A DNA stretch of 54,872 bases, taken from a virus (taxonomy: Duplodnaviria; Caudoviricetes). The notes under the pieces were generated by a model. The model was not told the origin of the DNA. It searched no databases and saw only the letters and a list, made by a program, of their open reading frames with translations. The position numbers and the translations under genes were made by a program. Shown one piece after another: positions 27,520 to 37,187 of this stretch (the stretch's first letter is position 1; the number at the start of each line of letters is the position of its first letter). The stretch spans positions 1-54,872 of IMG/VR virus record IMGVR_UViG_3300017971_000334; one strand, given 5' to 3'.

Positions 27520-28719
27520 ATGAGTGAATTGCCGAGCAAGCCACAGATGGTCAAGAATTTCGCCGGGGCCGTAACACGGCGGGTGGAACAGGCCGCCAAG
27601 GGGGAGAAGGTACGGGCGTCGAGAGAGGAGAGGGACATCCGGTGGCGGGAGGGGTGCCTGAAGTGTTCGGAGCTGGTAAACGGTACGAGGTGTAAGTTGT
27701 GCGGGTGCCACATGGAGAAGAAGGTGAACTGGGCCTCTGAACGGTGCCGGGCCGGGAAGTGGATGGAGCACCATCCGGGCAAGGTGACGGTGATTATCCC
27801 CTATGTCGAGGGGGAGAAGTATCTGGACCGGACGGTGGAACAGATACAGAAAGCGGCGACGGGTTCGGTGGAGATGAGGCCGATGCGCGATACGGGGATT
27901 GGTAAGCGGGCGACCGTGAATCAGGTGGCGGGGGATTGTGACGGGGAGTTCCTCATGGTACTGGACGCCCACGTCAAGATGTCGCCGGGATGGGACGAGT
28001 ATATGAAGCGGGCGTGCGGGCCGCTGGATTTGGTAGTGAACCGGCTGGATGCGTTGGACGAAGAGAAGTGGATGGGCAAGGGGCACGATTACGGGTCGGT
28101 GTACCTGAATCGGAACTTGGTGGAGAAGTGGTGGCACCCGCACCGGAAGGAGCAGGAGGCGGAACCGACGATGGGGATGACGGGCTGCGGGTGGATGATA
28201 CGCAAGAGCCGGTACTGGCAGTTGGGGGGGATGAACGAGGAGCTGGGCAAGTGGGGGGCCGAAGGGCCGGAGATGACCCTGAAGGTGTGGTTGTCCGGGG
28301 GGAGCTGTTACGTGCATCGGGACGTGATCTGTTACCACCTGTTCCGGGACAACCCGCCGCACGATACGACGGGGGCGCAGGTGGACGAGGCGTATCGGAA
28401 GCTGCGGAATATTTTTTACAATAATCAGGGGCCGAGACAGATACACCCGGTTTCGTGGCTTGTCGGGAAGTTCTGGCCGGTCCCCTCTTGGCAGGAAGGG
28501 ACCCTGGGACCGTGCGTGGAGGAGAACCGAGACACAGAGACCCACGAAACAGTGGAACAGCGGGTACTGTACCACGGCGGACCCGGAGTCCTTAACATAG
28601 ACGACGACCCGACGCAGCCGAATCGGGCGATAGTGGACTGGCGGGAAGAGGCGCGGTTGGAAGAGGTGCAGGTGTTCCGGGATACGGACCCCCAGATACT
28701 GCATCAGGTGGGAGCGTAA
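27520..28719 (+). CDS. polypeptide GalNAc-transferase-like GT-A enzyme with N-terminal Cys-rich domain
   Basis: VTVIIPY, GKRATVN, FLMVLDAH (DxH)...PGW, YWQLGGMNEELGKWGAEGPEMTLKVWLSGG...CYHLFR; N-terminal CxxC...CxxCGC...C...KW domain. Confidence 0.85.
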   Translation: MSELPSKPQMVKNFAGAVTRRVEQAAKGEKVRASREERDIRWREGCLKCSELVNGTRCKLCGCHMEKKVNWASERCRAGKWMEHHPGKVTVIIPYVEGEKYLDRTVEQIQKAATGSVEMRPMRDTGIGKRATVNQVAGDCDGEFLMVLDAHVKMSPGWDEYMKRACGPLDLVVNRLDALDEEKWMGKGHDYGSVYLNRNLVEKWWHPHRKEQEAEPTMGMTGCGWMIRKSRYWQLGGMNEELGKWGAEGPEMTLKVWLSGGSCYVHRDVICYHLFRDNPPHDTTGAQVDEAYRKLRNIFYNNQGPRQIHPVSWLVGKFWPVPSWQEGTLGPCVEENRDTETHETVEQRVLYHGGPGVLNIDDDPTQPNRAIVDWREEARLEEVQVFRDTDPQILHQVGA

Positions 28720-28720
28720 T

Positions 28721-29140
28721 ATGCAGGTCGAGGTAGGATGCGGTGGGATACCGGCGGCGGGGTATGACGTCTATACGGACGTGTACACGCCGGACGTGGA
28801 GATACCGGGAAAGTTTGTGTTATGTGCGATGGAGAACATGCCGTTCGGGGACAAGGAGTTCGAGTACAGTCGGTGTCACCATGTAATCGAGCACACCTCG
28901 AATCCCGACCGTGCCCTTGCCGAGCTTGTACGCATTTCACGCAAGGGTACCCTCTGGTTCCCCACGCCTCAAGCGGAACTCTTATTCGGAAGAGCGGACC
29001 ACCGGTGGTTTGTTTTTGTGGAGGGCCCGAAACTTGTAATCGTTGCCCGGAGGTTCTCGCCGTATCAAGTGAAGGCGGCGGTGAAGAAGGACGTCCGGTT
29101 TGACTGGGAAGGAAACATACAATGGCAAGTGATCTCGTAG
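28721..29140 (+). CDS. class I SAM-dependent methyltransferase (type 11-like)
   Basis: EVGCGG, MPFGDKEFE, HHVIEH, ALAELVRI, P. Confidence 0.8.
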   Translation: MQVEVGCGGIPAAGYDVYTDVYTPDVEIPGKFVLCAMENMPFGDKEFEYSRCHHVIEHTSNPDRALAELVRISRKGTLWFPTPQAELLFGRADHRWFVFVEGPKLVIVARRFSPYQVKAAVKKDVRFDWEGNIQWQVIS

Positions 29141-30303
29141 ACATAGTGATTTCGTCGTGGGCTCCTTGTCTGGAGAGGCTGGAGCTGCTACAGGCTACGC
29201 TCCATTCGTTGCGGGGTGCTACGCTGGTTCCCCACCGTATTATTGTGGCGGACAACGGCCCTGTAGAGCAGACGGAGTACATCAAGACTCAATGTGTGGA
29301 CGTTCACTTAGTTTGTCCCACGAATATCGGGTTGGGTTTAGCGAGAAACTTAGGAGCTTCCGTGTCTCGTAGTGAGTACATTGTGTTCTCGGATAATGAC
29401 ATAGAGTACCGGAGGGGATGGTTGCAAGATTCCCTCCAGTCGATGACCGACTGTAAGGGGTCCGATGTCGTAGTATCCCCCCTGCGGCCCTATCATCTCT
29501 GTGCGGGGGAATATATAGAGGGGGAGATAAACGGACATACTCTCCTTAACCGATGCGGTACGGGATGCTTGCTGTTTCGTAGGAGCGATTTTGAGAAAAT
29601 CGGATTGTGGGATGCCTCGTCAAACCCTGGAGGCGAGTATGCACAGAAGATGGAAAGAGCGGGGTTCCGGTACTCGTGGAGAAAGACCACTGAAAGTCTA
29701 GCGGTGCACCGAGGCACTAGAGTGGAGAGGGGGAAGGATGCTCCTCGTATGGGATCGAGAGAGTTTTGGGATAAGAGATGGAGGGTGTCTGTAGACAAAT
29801 ACCTGAGCAAGAGGGAGCCGCTGTTTCGGCACTTGAGGAATAAGTTGAGAGGTAGAACGGCTGACCTGGGGTGTGGGCTGACGAGTGCCTACAGGGATGG
29901 AGAAAATGTGGTGGGAGTCGATATAAGCGGGGTGGCAATACAGGCGATGAGACATCTCTCGCCCGCCGGTATGTGGAGAGTAGGAGACGCTAGAGACACG
30001 GGGCTTCCCTGCCGTAGTTTCGACACTGTGGTATTGAGTCATATCCTGGAACACTACGAGGAGTTCGGGGGCCTGCTTCGGGAAGCGAAACGGATAGGGA
30101 AGGAGGGTTGTCGGGTTGTGATAAGTGTGCCCAAAAGCATGAAGGACCCGGATCATGTCTATCCTACCTGGAACAAAAAAACGATACAGGAAAGAATTGG
30201 ACCGGAACTGGATAATTTGACGTATGAGTTGGTGGAGGGGCGTTGGTGGATTATACAAGGAGAGAATCCTGGTGGACGTGAGCGTAATCATTCCGTGTTG
30301 TAA
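29122..30303 (+). CDS. GT2-type glycosyltransferase fused to SAM methyltransferase
   Basis: IIVADNG, NIGLGLARNLG, YIVFSDND; C-half ADLGCG, GVDIS, FDTVVLSHILEH, ISVP. Confidence 0.85.
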   Translation: MASDLVDIVISSWAPCLERLELLQATLHSLRGATLVPHRIIVADNGPVEQTEYIKTQCVDVHLVCPTNIGLGLARNLGASVSRSEYIVFSDNDIEYRRGWLQDSLQSMTDCKGSDVVVSPLRPYHLCAGEYIEGEINGHTLLNRCGTGCLLFRRSDFEKIGLWDASSNPGGEYAQKMERAGFRYSWRKTTESLAVHRGTRVERGKDAPRMGSREFWDKRWRVSVDKYLSKREPLFRHLRNKLRGRTADLGCGLTSAYRDGENVVGVDISGVAIQAMRHLSPAGMWRVGDARDTGLPCRSFDTVVLSHILEHYEEFGGLLREAKRIGKEGCRVVISVPKSMKDPDHVYPTWNKKTIQERIGPELDNLTYELVEGRWWIIQGENPGGRERNHSVL

Positions 30304-31177
30304 CGAGTACCCGCAGGTTCTGTTCACAGTACAGAGCGTGGTCGAGGAGCTGGAGCATACGGGCTACGAATACGAGATACTGGTGGTCAGCAACCGGTCC
30401 ACCGACAAGACGAACGAGTACTTCACGGGCCTCAAGTCGTCCCTGACGCGGAACGGGAGGCTTCGATTCTTCGCCTACGAGGACCGTTTGAGTCACTGGC
30501 AGGCGAAGAATCTGGGCGTCTCCGAAGCCAGCGGGCGTCACCTGTTTTTCCTCGACGCTCACTGTATCCTGGGGAGGGATACGATGAAGCATCTGATCGA
30601 ATTTGCCGACGGGTTCGAGGGACGACTGGGTGGCGTCCACTGTTTGATTCGGTACATGCTGGACCCCCACCTGCTGGAGTATGCCGTGAAGGACCGGTTG
30701 CAGTACCGGTTCTGCTCGGCGAACGGGCACACGGAGCCTTACGAGGTGCCGGTGATGAGCACCTGCGGGATGCTGGTACCCCGGTCCACGTTCGATGAGG
30801 TGGGGGCATGGAGTCCGGAGTTGGGAATCTACGGGGGAGGGGAAGCGTACATTAACTGGAAGATGACGACCTGCGGGTATGAACAGTGGAACCATCCGCA
30901 GGCCATCTGCTGGCACTATGCGGACAAACGGGGTTACAGTTGGAACTACAACGATTTCGTTCGTAACTCCTTCATCGCCGCCTACGTGGTGGCGGGGGAG
31001 GACGAGCTGGAACAGGAAGCCCGGAACCGGTTGGACTACAAGAAGGACAGGCCGGAGGTGATACTGCCGATGAGGGATGACGTGATGGAGAAGTGCAAAT
31101 CCGACCGGGACTTCGTAGCGTCCAGACAGGTGACTACCCTCGATGCCGTCCTCAAACAATGGGAGAGCCGAAAGTGA
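30272..31177 (+). CDS. second DxH-type (ppGalNAc-T-like) glycosyltransferase
   Basis: VSVIIPCCNE, YEILVV, AKNLGVSEASGRHLFFLDAHC, FDEVGAWSPELGIYGGGE...CG...CWH; GTG start after AAGGAG. Confidence 0.85.
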   Translation: MDVSVIIPCCNEYPQVLFTVQSVVEELEHTGYEYEILVVSNRSTDKTNEYFTGLKSSLTRNGRLRFFAYEDRLSHWQAKNLGVSEASGRHLFFLDAHCILGRDTMKHLIEFADGFEGRLGGVHCLIRYMLDPHLLEYAVKDRLQYRFCSANGHTEPYEVPVMSTCGMLVPRSTFDEVGAWSPELGIYGGGEAYINWKMTTCGYEQWNHPQAICWHYADKRGYSWNYNDFVRNSFIAAYVVAGEDELEQEARNRLDYKKDRPEVILPMRDDVMEKCKSDRDFVASRQVTTLDAVLKQWESRK

Positions 31178-31401
31178 CAGATGGACAGTTTGACCCAAGA
31201 CGATGTGAATGGCGCAGGCAGGAGATCAAAGGCGTGCAAGGTGAAATCAGGCAGATCAACGAGACGCTAAGAGGGAACGGACACGAGGGCCTCCTGAGCC
31301 GGATGGCCCGTATCGAAACGATCAACCGGGTGTTGCTGGGACTATCCTCAGCCATTCTGGTTGCCGTGATCGTGACCCTGATTAAGGTGGGAACGACATA
31401 A
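31174..31401 (+). CDS. small coiled-coil protein with C-terminal TM helix (holin/XhlA-like)
   Basis: LRGNGHEGLLSRMARIE followed by a hydrophobic C-terminus; GTGA coupling. Confidence 0.55.
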   Translation: MTDGQFDPRRCEWRRQEIKGVQGEIRQINETLRGNGHEGLLSRMARIETINRVLLGLSSAILVAVIVTLIKVGTT

Positions 31402-33617
31402 TGGCGGAAAAGGCGGATTACGACCTGGAATACCCTCTCGCAGGGGTGTTCATGGATGCGAGCCGCTCTCCCGACAACCTGCCGCAGGGCTTCTGTAGCC
31501 GAATGGTGGGCGTCGACGGGCGGTTTCCGGGCACGGTGCGCAAGTATCCCGGCCACGTCCTCATCAACACCAACTCCCACCTAACCAACGCCAATGCGTT
31601 CCGCTACGTGGCCAGCTACGACGTGGACGAGGAGGAGGTCACCCGTGGACTCCTGTGTCGGTCGGGCAGTGACATGTACTACTACTACTACATCCCCTCA
31701 TGCAGCGCCCGAAAGTCTGAGAGCATTACGGGACCGAGTGGGTACTCCGTCAACAGCGCCAACATCGACGTGGCCGTCAAGGGTGAGTTTATCTACATCT
31801 ATACGCAGGGGCAGCAACCCTTCGTCATGTACGACGTGGCCGGTTCCGGTTGGCGGTATGACTTCGTGGGGGCCTACACCGACGGCGGGGTGGCCCTCGC
31901 CACCGACGTGGCGGCGGCCCCAGCAATACGAGATGACCATGCGACGACGGGAGGGTACCTGCACCACCGGGGGCGGTACAAGGTGATGGTGAAGTTCTAC
32001 CATTCGGGCCGCAAGGTATACAGCGGCAGGAGTAAGGAGTACGAGTTCACCCTGGACAAGGATACGCTGGAAACGCACCTGCACGGCATCAACATCTATG
32101 ACTACCCCGATGGGGATAGCGACGACCACCTCGACGAGGACTTCGACTACGTGGAGGTGTACCGGACCCAGAACCTGCGGAACCCGTTGTCGGACGGGTA
32201 CAACGGAGCGGTGTACTACCGGGAGCAGTTGATCGAGAGGACGGAACAGGGGACCATATCCACGGTGCAGGTGGGGACGCTGGATGATTACTCGCTGGTG
32301 TTGCAGAAACAGTACGATCCGTGGATGGACCCCGTGGAGGAGGCGCCCGACAGCGCGGCGGCCTGCTACTACGAGGGCAGCGTGTTCGCCGCACGAGATC
32401 CCGATGAGGACGCGGGTCTGGGGCTGGTGTGGACGAATCCGAGGGTGGAGGGCACCGAGGAGTTCGGCAGTGAGTTCGACTACGAGGCGGCTCCGATGGA
32501 TGGGGTGGTCAAGCGGATCATCAAGGTCGGCAACTATGCGTTTGCGGTGGCAGGCAGCGTTATCTACTCGATTACGAAGGTGGGTGTGGACGTGAACATC
32601 AGCCGCTGGGTGGAGGACAAGGCGGTCGTCAACGCCCGTTGCGTGGCGAAGATCGACCGGAACCTCGCCGTGCTGACGGAGCAGGGCCTGTACTTCATCT
32701 CGGCGGGCGGCAACTGCACGATGGTCGGAGCGCTGGACCGGATACTGCGGGACGAGTGGGCCGGGCAATTGACCAACTGCGAGATGGCCTACGACGAGGC
32801 GATGGGATGCCTGTACATCCTGAACCCGGACGTGCATGAGGCCATCTGCTTCTGGGAGAACACCCGCAGCGTCAGCATCCTGGAGGGCGTCGGTGCGAGC
32901 CACATCACCTACGGCCCGGACATCACCGGCGACACGGACACGATACGAAGCTACTGGTACCACGACAACGGAGAGGTGACGACGCCCGACTACGACCGGG
33001 GCGACATCGGAGGCTCACCGTCGCACGGCATGTTGGGCGACGCTACCGACATCGCTACGGTGGGAGAAGGAGGCGACGAGGATACGGTAGCGGCGTCGAT
33101 GGACGCCGGGGACATGGTGTACGTGATGAGCGGCACCAATGCCGGGAAGTGGGGTTACAGCAACGGGACCACGATGTCCAGCGGCAGTCCGCTGGGAGGC
33201 GCCCCGACGCTGGTAGCGGGGGACACGTACCTGAAGAACCCGGTGAAGGTGGCCCTGCGGCTGTGGCCGGTGAACCCGCCGGTAGGCACGTACTCGCCCC
33301 GGTTCGCCCGGAAGGTCATCAAGAGCATCGCCCTTAAAATGACGGGGCTGACCGGCTTCGGACGGAGTTACGCGGACTCGTCCACGGACGTGAAGCTGGG
33401 CGTGTATCGGAACCAGCGGGGTAGGTCGGACGACTCGCTGGAGGGATATAGTACGACATCGGTGTCGAACAACCCGTCTGAGTGTGTGGAGGACCTGAAT
33501 CTGGACGGGGTGACACTGGAGCCGTACATCGAGCAGGTGTCCAGCGGGACGGACTTTGAGTTGACAGGAGTGCTCATAGTCGGTACAATAACGGTGAGCA
33601 AGACTATCACCACGTAA
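31401..33617 (+). CDS. putative tail nozzle / DNA-stabilisation protein
   Basis: 738-aa beta-rich protein just before helical internal proteins, the usual podovirus position; early G...D..P..LP pattern. Confidence 0.55.
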   Translation: MAEKADYDLEYPLAGVFMDASRSPDNLPQGFCSRMVGVDGRFPGTVRKYPGHVLINTNSHLTNANAFRYVASYDVDEEEVTRGLLCRSGSDMYYYYYIPSCSARKSESITGPSGYSVNSANIDVAVKGEFIYIYTQGQQPFVMYDVAGSGWRYDFVGAYTDGGVALATDVAAAPAIRDDHATTGGYLHHRGRYKVMVKFYHSGRKVYSGRSKEYEFTLDKDTLETHLHGINIYDYPDGDSDDHLDEDFDYVEVYRTQNLRNPLSDGYNGAVYYREQLIERTEQGTISTVQVGTLDDYSLVLQKQYDPWMDPVEEAPDSAAACYYEGSVFAARDPDEDAGLGLVWTNPRVEGTEEFGSEFDYEAAPMDGVVKRIIKVGNYAFAVAGSVIYSITKVGVDVNISRWVEDKAVVNARCVAKIDRNLAVLTEQGLYFISAGGNCTMVGALDRILRDEWAGQLTNCEMAYDEAMGCLYILNPDVHEAICFWENTRSVSILEGVGASHITYGPDITGDTDTIRSYWYHDNGEVTTPDYDRGDIGGSPSHGMLGDATDIATVGEGGDEDTVAASMDAGDMVYVMSGTNAGKWGYSNGTTMSSGSPLGGAPTLVAGDTYLKNPVKVALRLWPVNPPVGTYSPRFARKVIKSIALKMTGLTGFGRSYADSSTDVKLGVYRNQRGRSDDSLEGYSTTSVSNNPSECVEDLNLDGVTLEPYIEQVSSGTDFELTGVLIVGTITVSKTITT

Positions 33618-33636
33618 AGCCACATGGGAGAATGAC

Positions 33637-35688
33637 ATGCAGATAAGCAACAGACCCCCAATCGTACCACCGGCTCCCCCGGAGACACGGTACCTGATGC
33701 AAGGGGGCCTGGAGATGGGGCAAACCGAAGAGCGCCGACGATTACTGCGCAGACAGAAGGCGTTCCAGCAACGTCCCACTATCTGGACCCCGGAAGGATT
33801 GCCTCCCGGCCTACTGCCCCCCAGACCGTTCACCCCCACGGCCCCCACGCCCAAACAGTTTCTGATGGGCGGCGGTGCGGAACCGGACCCGTTAGCACGG
33901 GCGAGTGGGATGCCCGTGGCCGCTCCGTCTCCTACGGAGGGCGGCGGTCCGACCGATGAGGTGCGGGCTCCCGTGCAGGTCCCGGTGCAGCAAGCCTCCC
34001 AACGTCCGCCGGCGGCCTACACGCCCGTGAATCCACTTGCTCCCCGCAAGCCCCGAACACCCAACCCTTCCGGGGTCCTGGGAACGGGAGGAGAATTGTG
34101 GCGGAAGAAGGGTCCGTTGCGGATGATGGCGAAGGGGGGTACGTTGAAGAAGGGGGAGCAGGCGATTGTTGGGGAGAAGGGACCGGAACAGATTACCTCG
34201 ACGGAGCGGGGGACACAGGTGAAGCCGTTGGGGAACATCGGAAACATCAGCCGGGGTACGCAGACAAGTACATTTAGCGTGAGCGGTGGGCCGGGTGGAA
34301 CGAGGACGCTCAGGACCACCACGCCCACCACCCGAATGAACATGGGGTCGCCGGAGGAATGGCGGAAACGGATGGAGCGGGATATAGGGGAGCAGGAGCG
34401 GCTGATTACCGAGCGGCAGAGGTTGGAGCAGGAGGCGAAGGACTTGCAGATGAGGGGGATTGCCGGACTGGAGCAAGGTCGGGGCGAAGCGGCGACGCTG
34501 GCGGGGGGACGGGCCGGGTCGATTGCTCAGGCGGGGGCGATGGGCGCGGCGGAGCTGGCGGGTGCCAAGGGGGCGGTGGCCGCGATGCCCGGAAAGGTGC
34601 AGGGTGCGGTTGAGGAGAGGGAGAAACGGGTTGCCGGAAAGGGAGAGGAGCTGGTGGCGCGGGCGCAGGAGGGGACGCAGCGGATTCTGGGCGAGGTGCG
34701 TCAGCGGGGGGATGCAACGGTTGACGATGCGAAACAGATGATGGAAGCGGCGGTGGCCGAGACGAAGGGGATGCGGGACGTGGCGCTGAGTGAGTTTGCC
34801 GATATGTCGGCGGAAGCGATGAGCGTGGGGGCACGGGCGATCAACGAATCCTACGAGGCGCAGAAGGCGGACCTCGTGGCACGGTACAATGGTGATCCGC
34901 CCCCGCACCTGCTGGCTCGGCTGGACAGCAGCCGGGCTATGCAGGTGTCGGACTTGGGGATGAAGTACGAGATAGCGTACAACGATAAGATGGCGGACCT
35001 GCGAGCCGGGTACGACAGCGTGGCGGCACAGCAACGAACGGTGCTGGAGCAGGCGACGATGGATGCACAGCAGCAGTCCGACGCGCTGGTGGCGCAGGTG
35101 GGCGTGGCCGGGGAGCAGTTGGTGAACAACGCCGGTGTTGTGGCTCTGGGGGAAGAAGGCAAGATTACGCAGGCGGGGATGCAGTACATTTCGTGGGCGG
35201 AGCAGAACGCGGCGAACATGGCGACTGAGGTGGCACAGGCGAGTGTGCAGTTTTTCCAGCAACAGGAGCAGTTGGGGATGGTGAATGAGGCGAACCTGTC
35301 CCGAATGAACTTGGCGTATGACCAGCTACGGATGGCGGGACTGGGCGACTTGGCCGACTTTACGGCGAACCAGACGTTGGCGTATGTACCACATGCTCCA
35401 TACTATGCCCAGATGATGCAGTACATGGCGCAACGGGCGTTGTGGGAACGGGAGATGAAGGAGCAGCAGCGGGGAATACAGATCAACGCGGGGCTGGCCG
35501 AGGGCGCGTATGAGGGAGGACGGAGACCACAGGGACCGGCGGCATCACCGGTGGTTGGGCAGCCGAGGGGGTATCCGGGAACGGGCGGCGGGCGAGAGGC
35601 CACGTCGAGACCGGCTCCGACGGGAGCACCGGCGGCTCCGACGCAAGGGTATCCGGTACCGAGTCCGTTGAGACGAATCGAGGCGTAA
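33637..35688 (+). CDS. putative internal virion (ejection) protein
   Basis: Pro-rich N-terminus, MAKGG...IVGEKGPE motif, long Ala/Gln-rich helical region. Confidence 0.6.
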   Translation: MQISNRPPIVPPAPPETRYLMQGGLEMGQTEERRRLLRRQKAFQQRPTIWTPEGLPPGLLPPRPFTPTAPTPKQFLMGGGAEPDPLARASGMPVAAPSPTEGGGPTDEVRAPVQVPVQQASQRPPAAYTPVNPLAPRKPRTPNPSGVLGTGGELWRKKGPLRMMAKGGTLKKGEQAIVGEKGPEQITSTERGTQVKPLGNIGNISRGTQTSTFSVSGGPGGTRTLRTTTPTTRMNMGSPEEWRKRMERDIGEQERLITERQRLEQEAKDLQMRGIAGLEQGRGEAATLAGGRAGSIAQAGAMGAAELAGAKGAVAAMPGKVQGAVEEREKRVAGKGEELVARAQEGTQRILGEVRQRGDATVDDAKQMMEAAVAETKGMRDVALSEFADMSAEAMSVGARAINESYEAQKADLVARYNGDPPPHLLARLDSSRAMQVSDLGMKYEIAYNDKMADLRAGYDSVAAQQRTVLEQATMDAQQQSDALVAQVGVAGEQLVNNAGVVALGEEGKITQAGMQYISWAEQNAANMATEVAQASVQFFQQQEQLGMVNEANLSRMNLAYDQLRMAGLGDLADFTANQTLAYVPHAPYYAQMMQYMAQRALWEREMKEQQRGIQINAGLAEGAYEGGRRPQGPAASPVVGQPRGYPGTGGGREATSRPAPTGAPAAPTQGYPVPSPLRRIEA

Positions 35689-35698
35689 GGAGATAGAC

Positions 35699-37177
35699 AT
35701 GGCTAGATTACCGGCGTTTTCGACGGCGATGCCCCTAACGGGGGATCCGAATATACTGGGTCCGTTACAACTGATGCAGAACCGCAACCTGGCCGAGGAG
35801 GGGTGGGCCGTGCAGGAGGGGATGCAGGAGTCGGAGCAGGACTGGCGGGAACGGATGACGTTAAGAAACATGGATTTCCAACGAGGACTGGCCGACGAGC
35901 AAGCGGCGCTTCAGCGGGAGCAGGCACAACTGAATCGGGACATGGAGCTGGAGATGTTCGGGGAGCGGATGGCCTTGGAGGAACGCTCGGTGGAGTCGCA
36001 GGAGGGGTTGGTGGGGGCGCAGACGGATGCGCTCAAGTCGAGATTGCAGTTTCAGGAGGACGTGTTGCGTCCTTACTACCAAGACCAGTTGAGGATTGCC
36101 AGAGGGCAGGCGAGGCACCAACGGCTGACGGACCTGCTCGGATACAAAATTATGTTGGGGGACTTCCTGCATCAGAAGCGGAAGATGTACGGTAAGGGGG
36201 GACGACCGGGACTGGCAGGCGGAGCGGCAGCCAGCGGTGCCGGGGAAGCGGCTCCGGAAGCGCAACCGGACAGTGTAGACTTGGAGGAAAAGATGGCGGG
36301 GTCGTTAGAGGAAACGAGTAAGTCGCTGGGCCACGATATGATGTCGTCGTCGGCTCGATACAAGCAGTTCATGGCGGAACTGTCCACGGAACGGGCGCGG
36401 ATGGAGCAGGCGCTGGCGGGCGAGGAGAACTTGCTGGAACGGATTGACCTGATGCTGGAGGCGGCAAGGGTCCCCAAGTTCGCCGCTAGCGACCCGTCAG
36501 ATATAATTTGGGGGCAGGGGAACCCCGAAGAGTGGGCGAGGATGGTGGATGAGGACATGGCAAACAGGACCCCGGAAGGGTTTGTCAAGAGCCTACAACG
36601 GGTGAGCCTGTCGATCAAGGCGCTGGAGAGATACATCAAGGTCAAGGAGGAGAAGTTTGCCGAGAGAGAAAAGAAACGGGCCGAGAAGGTAGCGATTCGT
36701 AAGGAAGAGGGATTACCGATTTGGAAATTTATGCGTCCTAGAGGGGGCAGTAGAGAATTGAATGAGTTGAAACAGAAGCTACGGGACCTGCGGTGGACGC
36801 AGGCGAAGTTTCTGTCGGAACCGACAAAAGCGTTGAGTGATACGTCGGCGGCAAACGTGGTGGTTGGGAGGCAGTTGGCGTTGGGGGAGTCAATGGACCA
36901 AGTGAAGTATGTGATAGACCACTGGTTTCGGAAACGTGCCGGGGACCAGGGAACGTTGAGTTGGGAGGAAACTGCTGGATTGGTGCAGGGGGACATGATA
37001 AGGATTATGAGGGAGAGGGGGGGAGAGGTGGCTCGTCAGTTGGAATATGAGTTGAGGCAGAAGGAGATAGAGGCAGGAATTGAGGACGACATGAAAAGAC
37101 TGTCGGATTTCGTGACTAGGGAGATCGGGCTGATTGAGGACGACGCGGGGTTGGCTGAGGAAGGAATGAACATATAG
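35699..37177 (+). CDS. putative internal virion protein
   Basis: 492-aa coiled-coil-rich ORF, AAGGAG RBS. Confidence 0.6.
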   Translation: MARLPAFSTAMPLTGDPNILGPLQLMQNRNLAEEGWAVQEGMQESEQDWRERMTLRNMDFQRGLADEQAALQREQAQLNRDMELEMFGERMALEERSVESQEGLVGAQTDALKSRLQFQEDVLRPYYQDQLRIARGQARHQRLTDLLGYKIMLGDFLHQKRKMYGKGGRPGLAGGAAASGAGEAAPEAQPDSVDLEEKMAGSLEETSKSLGHDMMSSSARYKQFMAELSTERARMEQALAGEENLLERIDLMLEAARVPKFAASDPSDIIWGQGNPEEWARMVDEDMANRTPEGFVKSLQRVSLSIKALERYIKVKEEKFAEREKKRAEKVAIRKEEGLPIWKFMRPRGGSRELNELKQKLRDLRWTQAKFLSEPTKALSDTSAANVVVGRQLALGESMDQVKYVIDHWFRKRAGDQGTLSWEETAGLVQGDMIRIMRERGGEVARQLEYELRQKEIEAGIEDDMKRLSDFVTREIGLIEDDAGLAEEGMNI

Positions 37178-37187
37178 GAGATATGAC

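Noticed and set aside
23675-27523. Val/Leu-rich antisense ORFs and Arg/Pro- or His/Asp-rich frames over the T/S tracts
   Set aside because: By-products of ACN/AGY/TCN codon runs; the T/S frame is continuous with flanking domains.
22068-31177. Glycosyltransferases as DNA hypermodification enzymes
   Set aside because: No hydroxymethylase, TET/JBP or nucleotide kinase genes were seen, and the GTs lie among virion genes next to T/S proteins; not strictly excluded.
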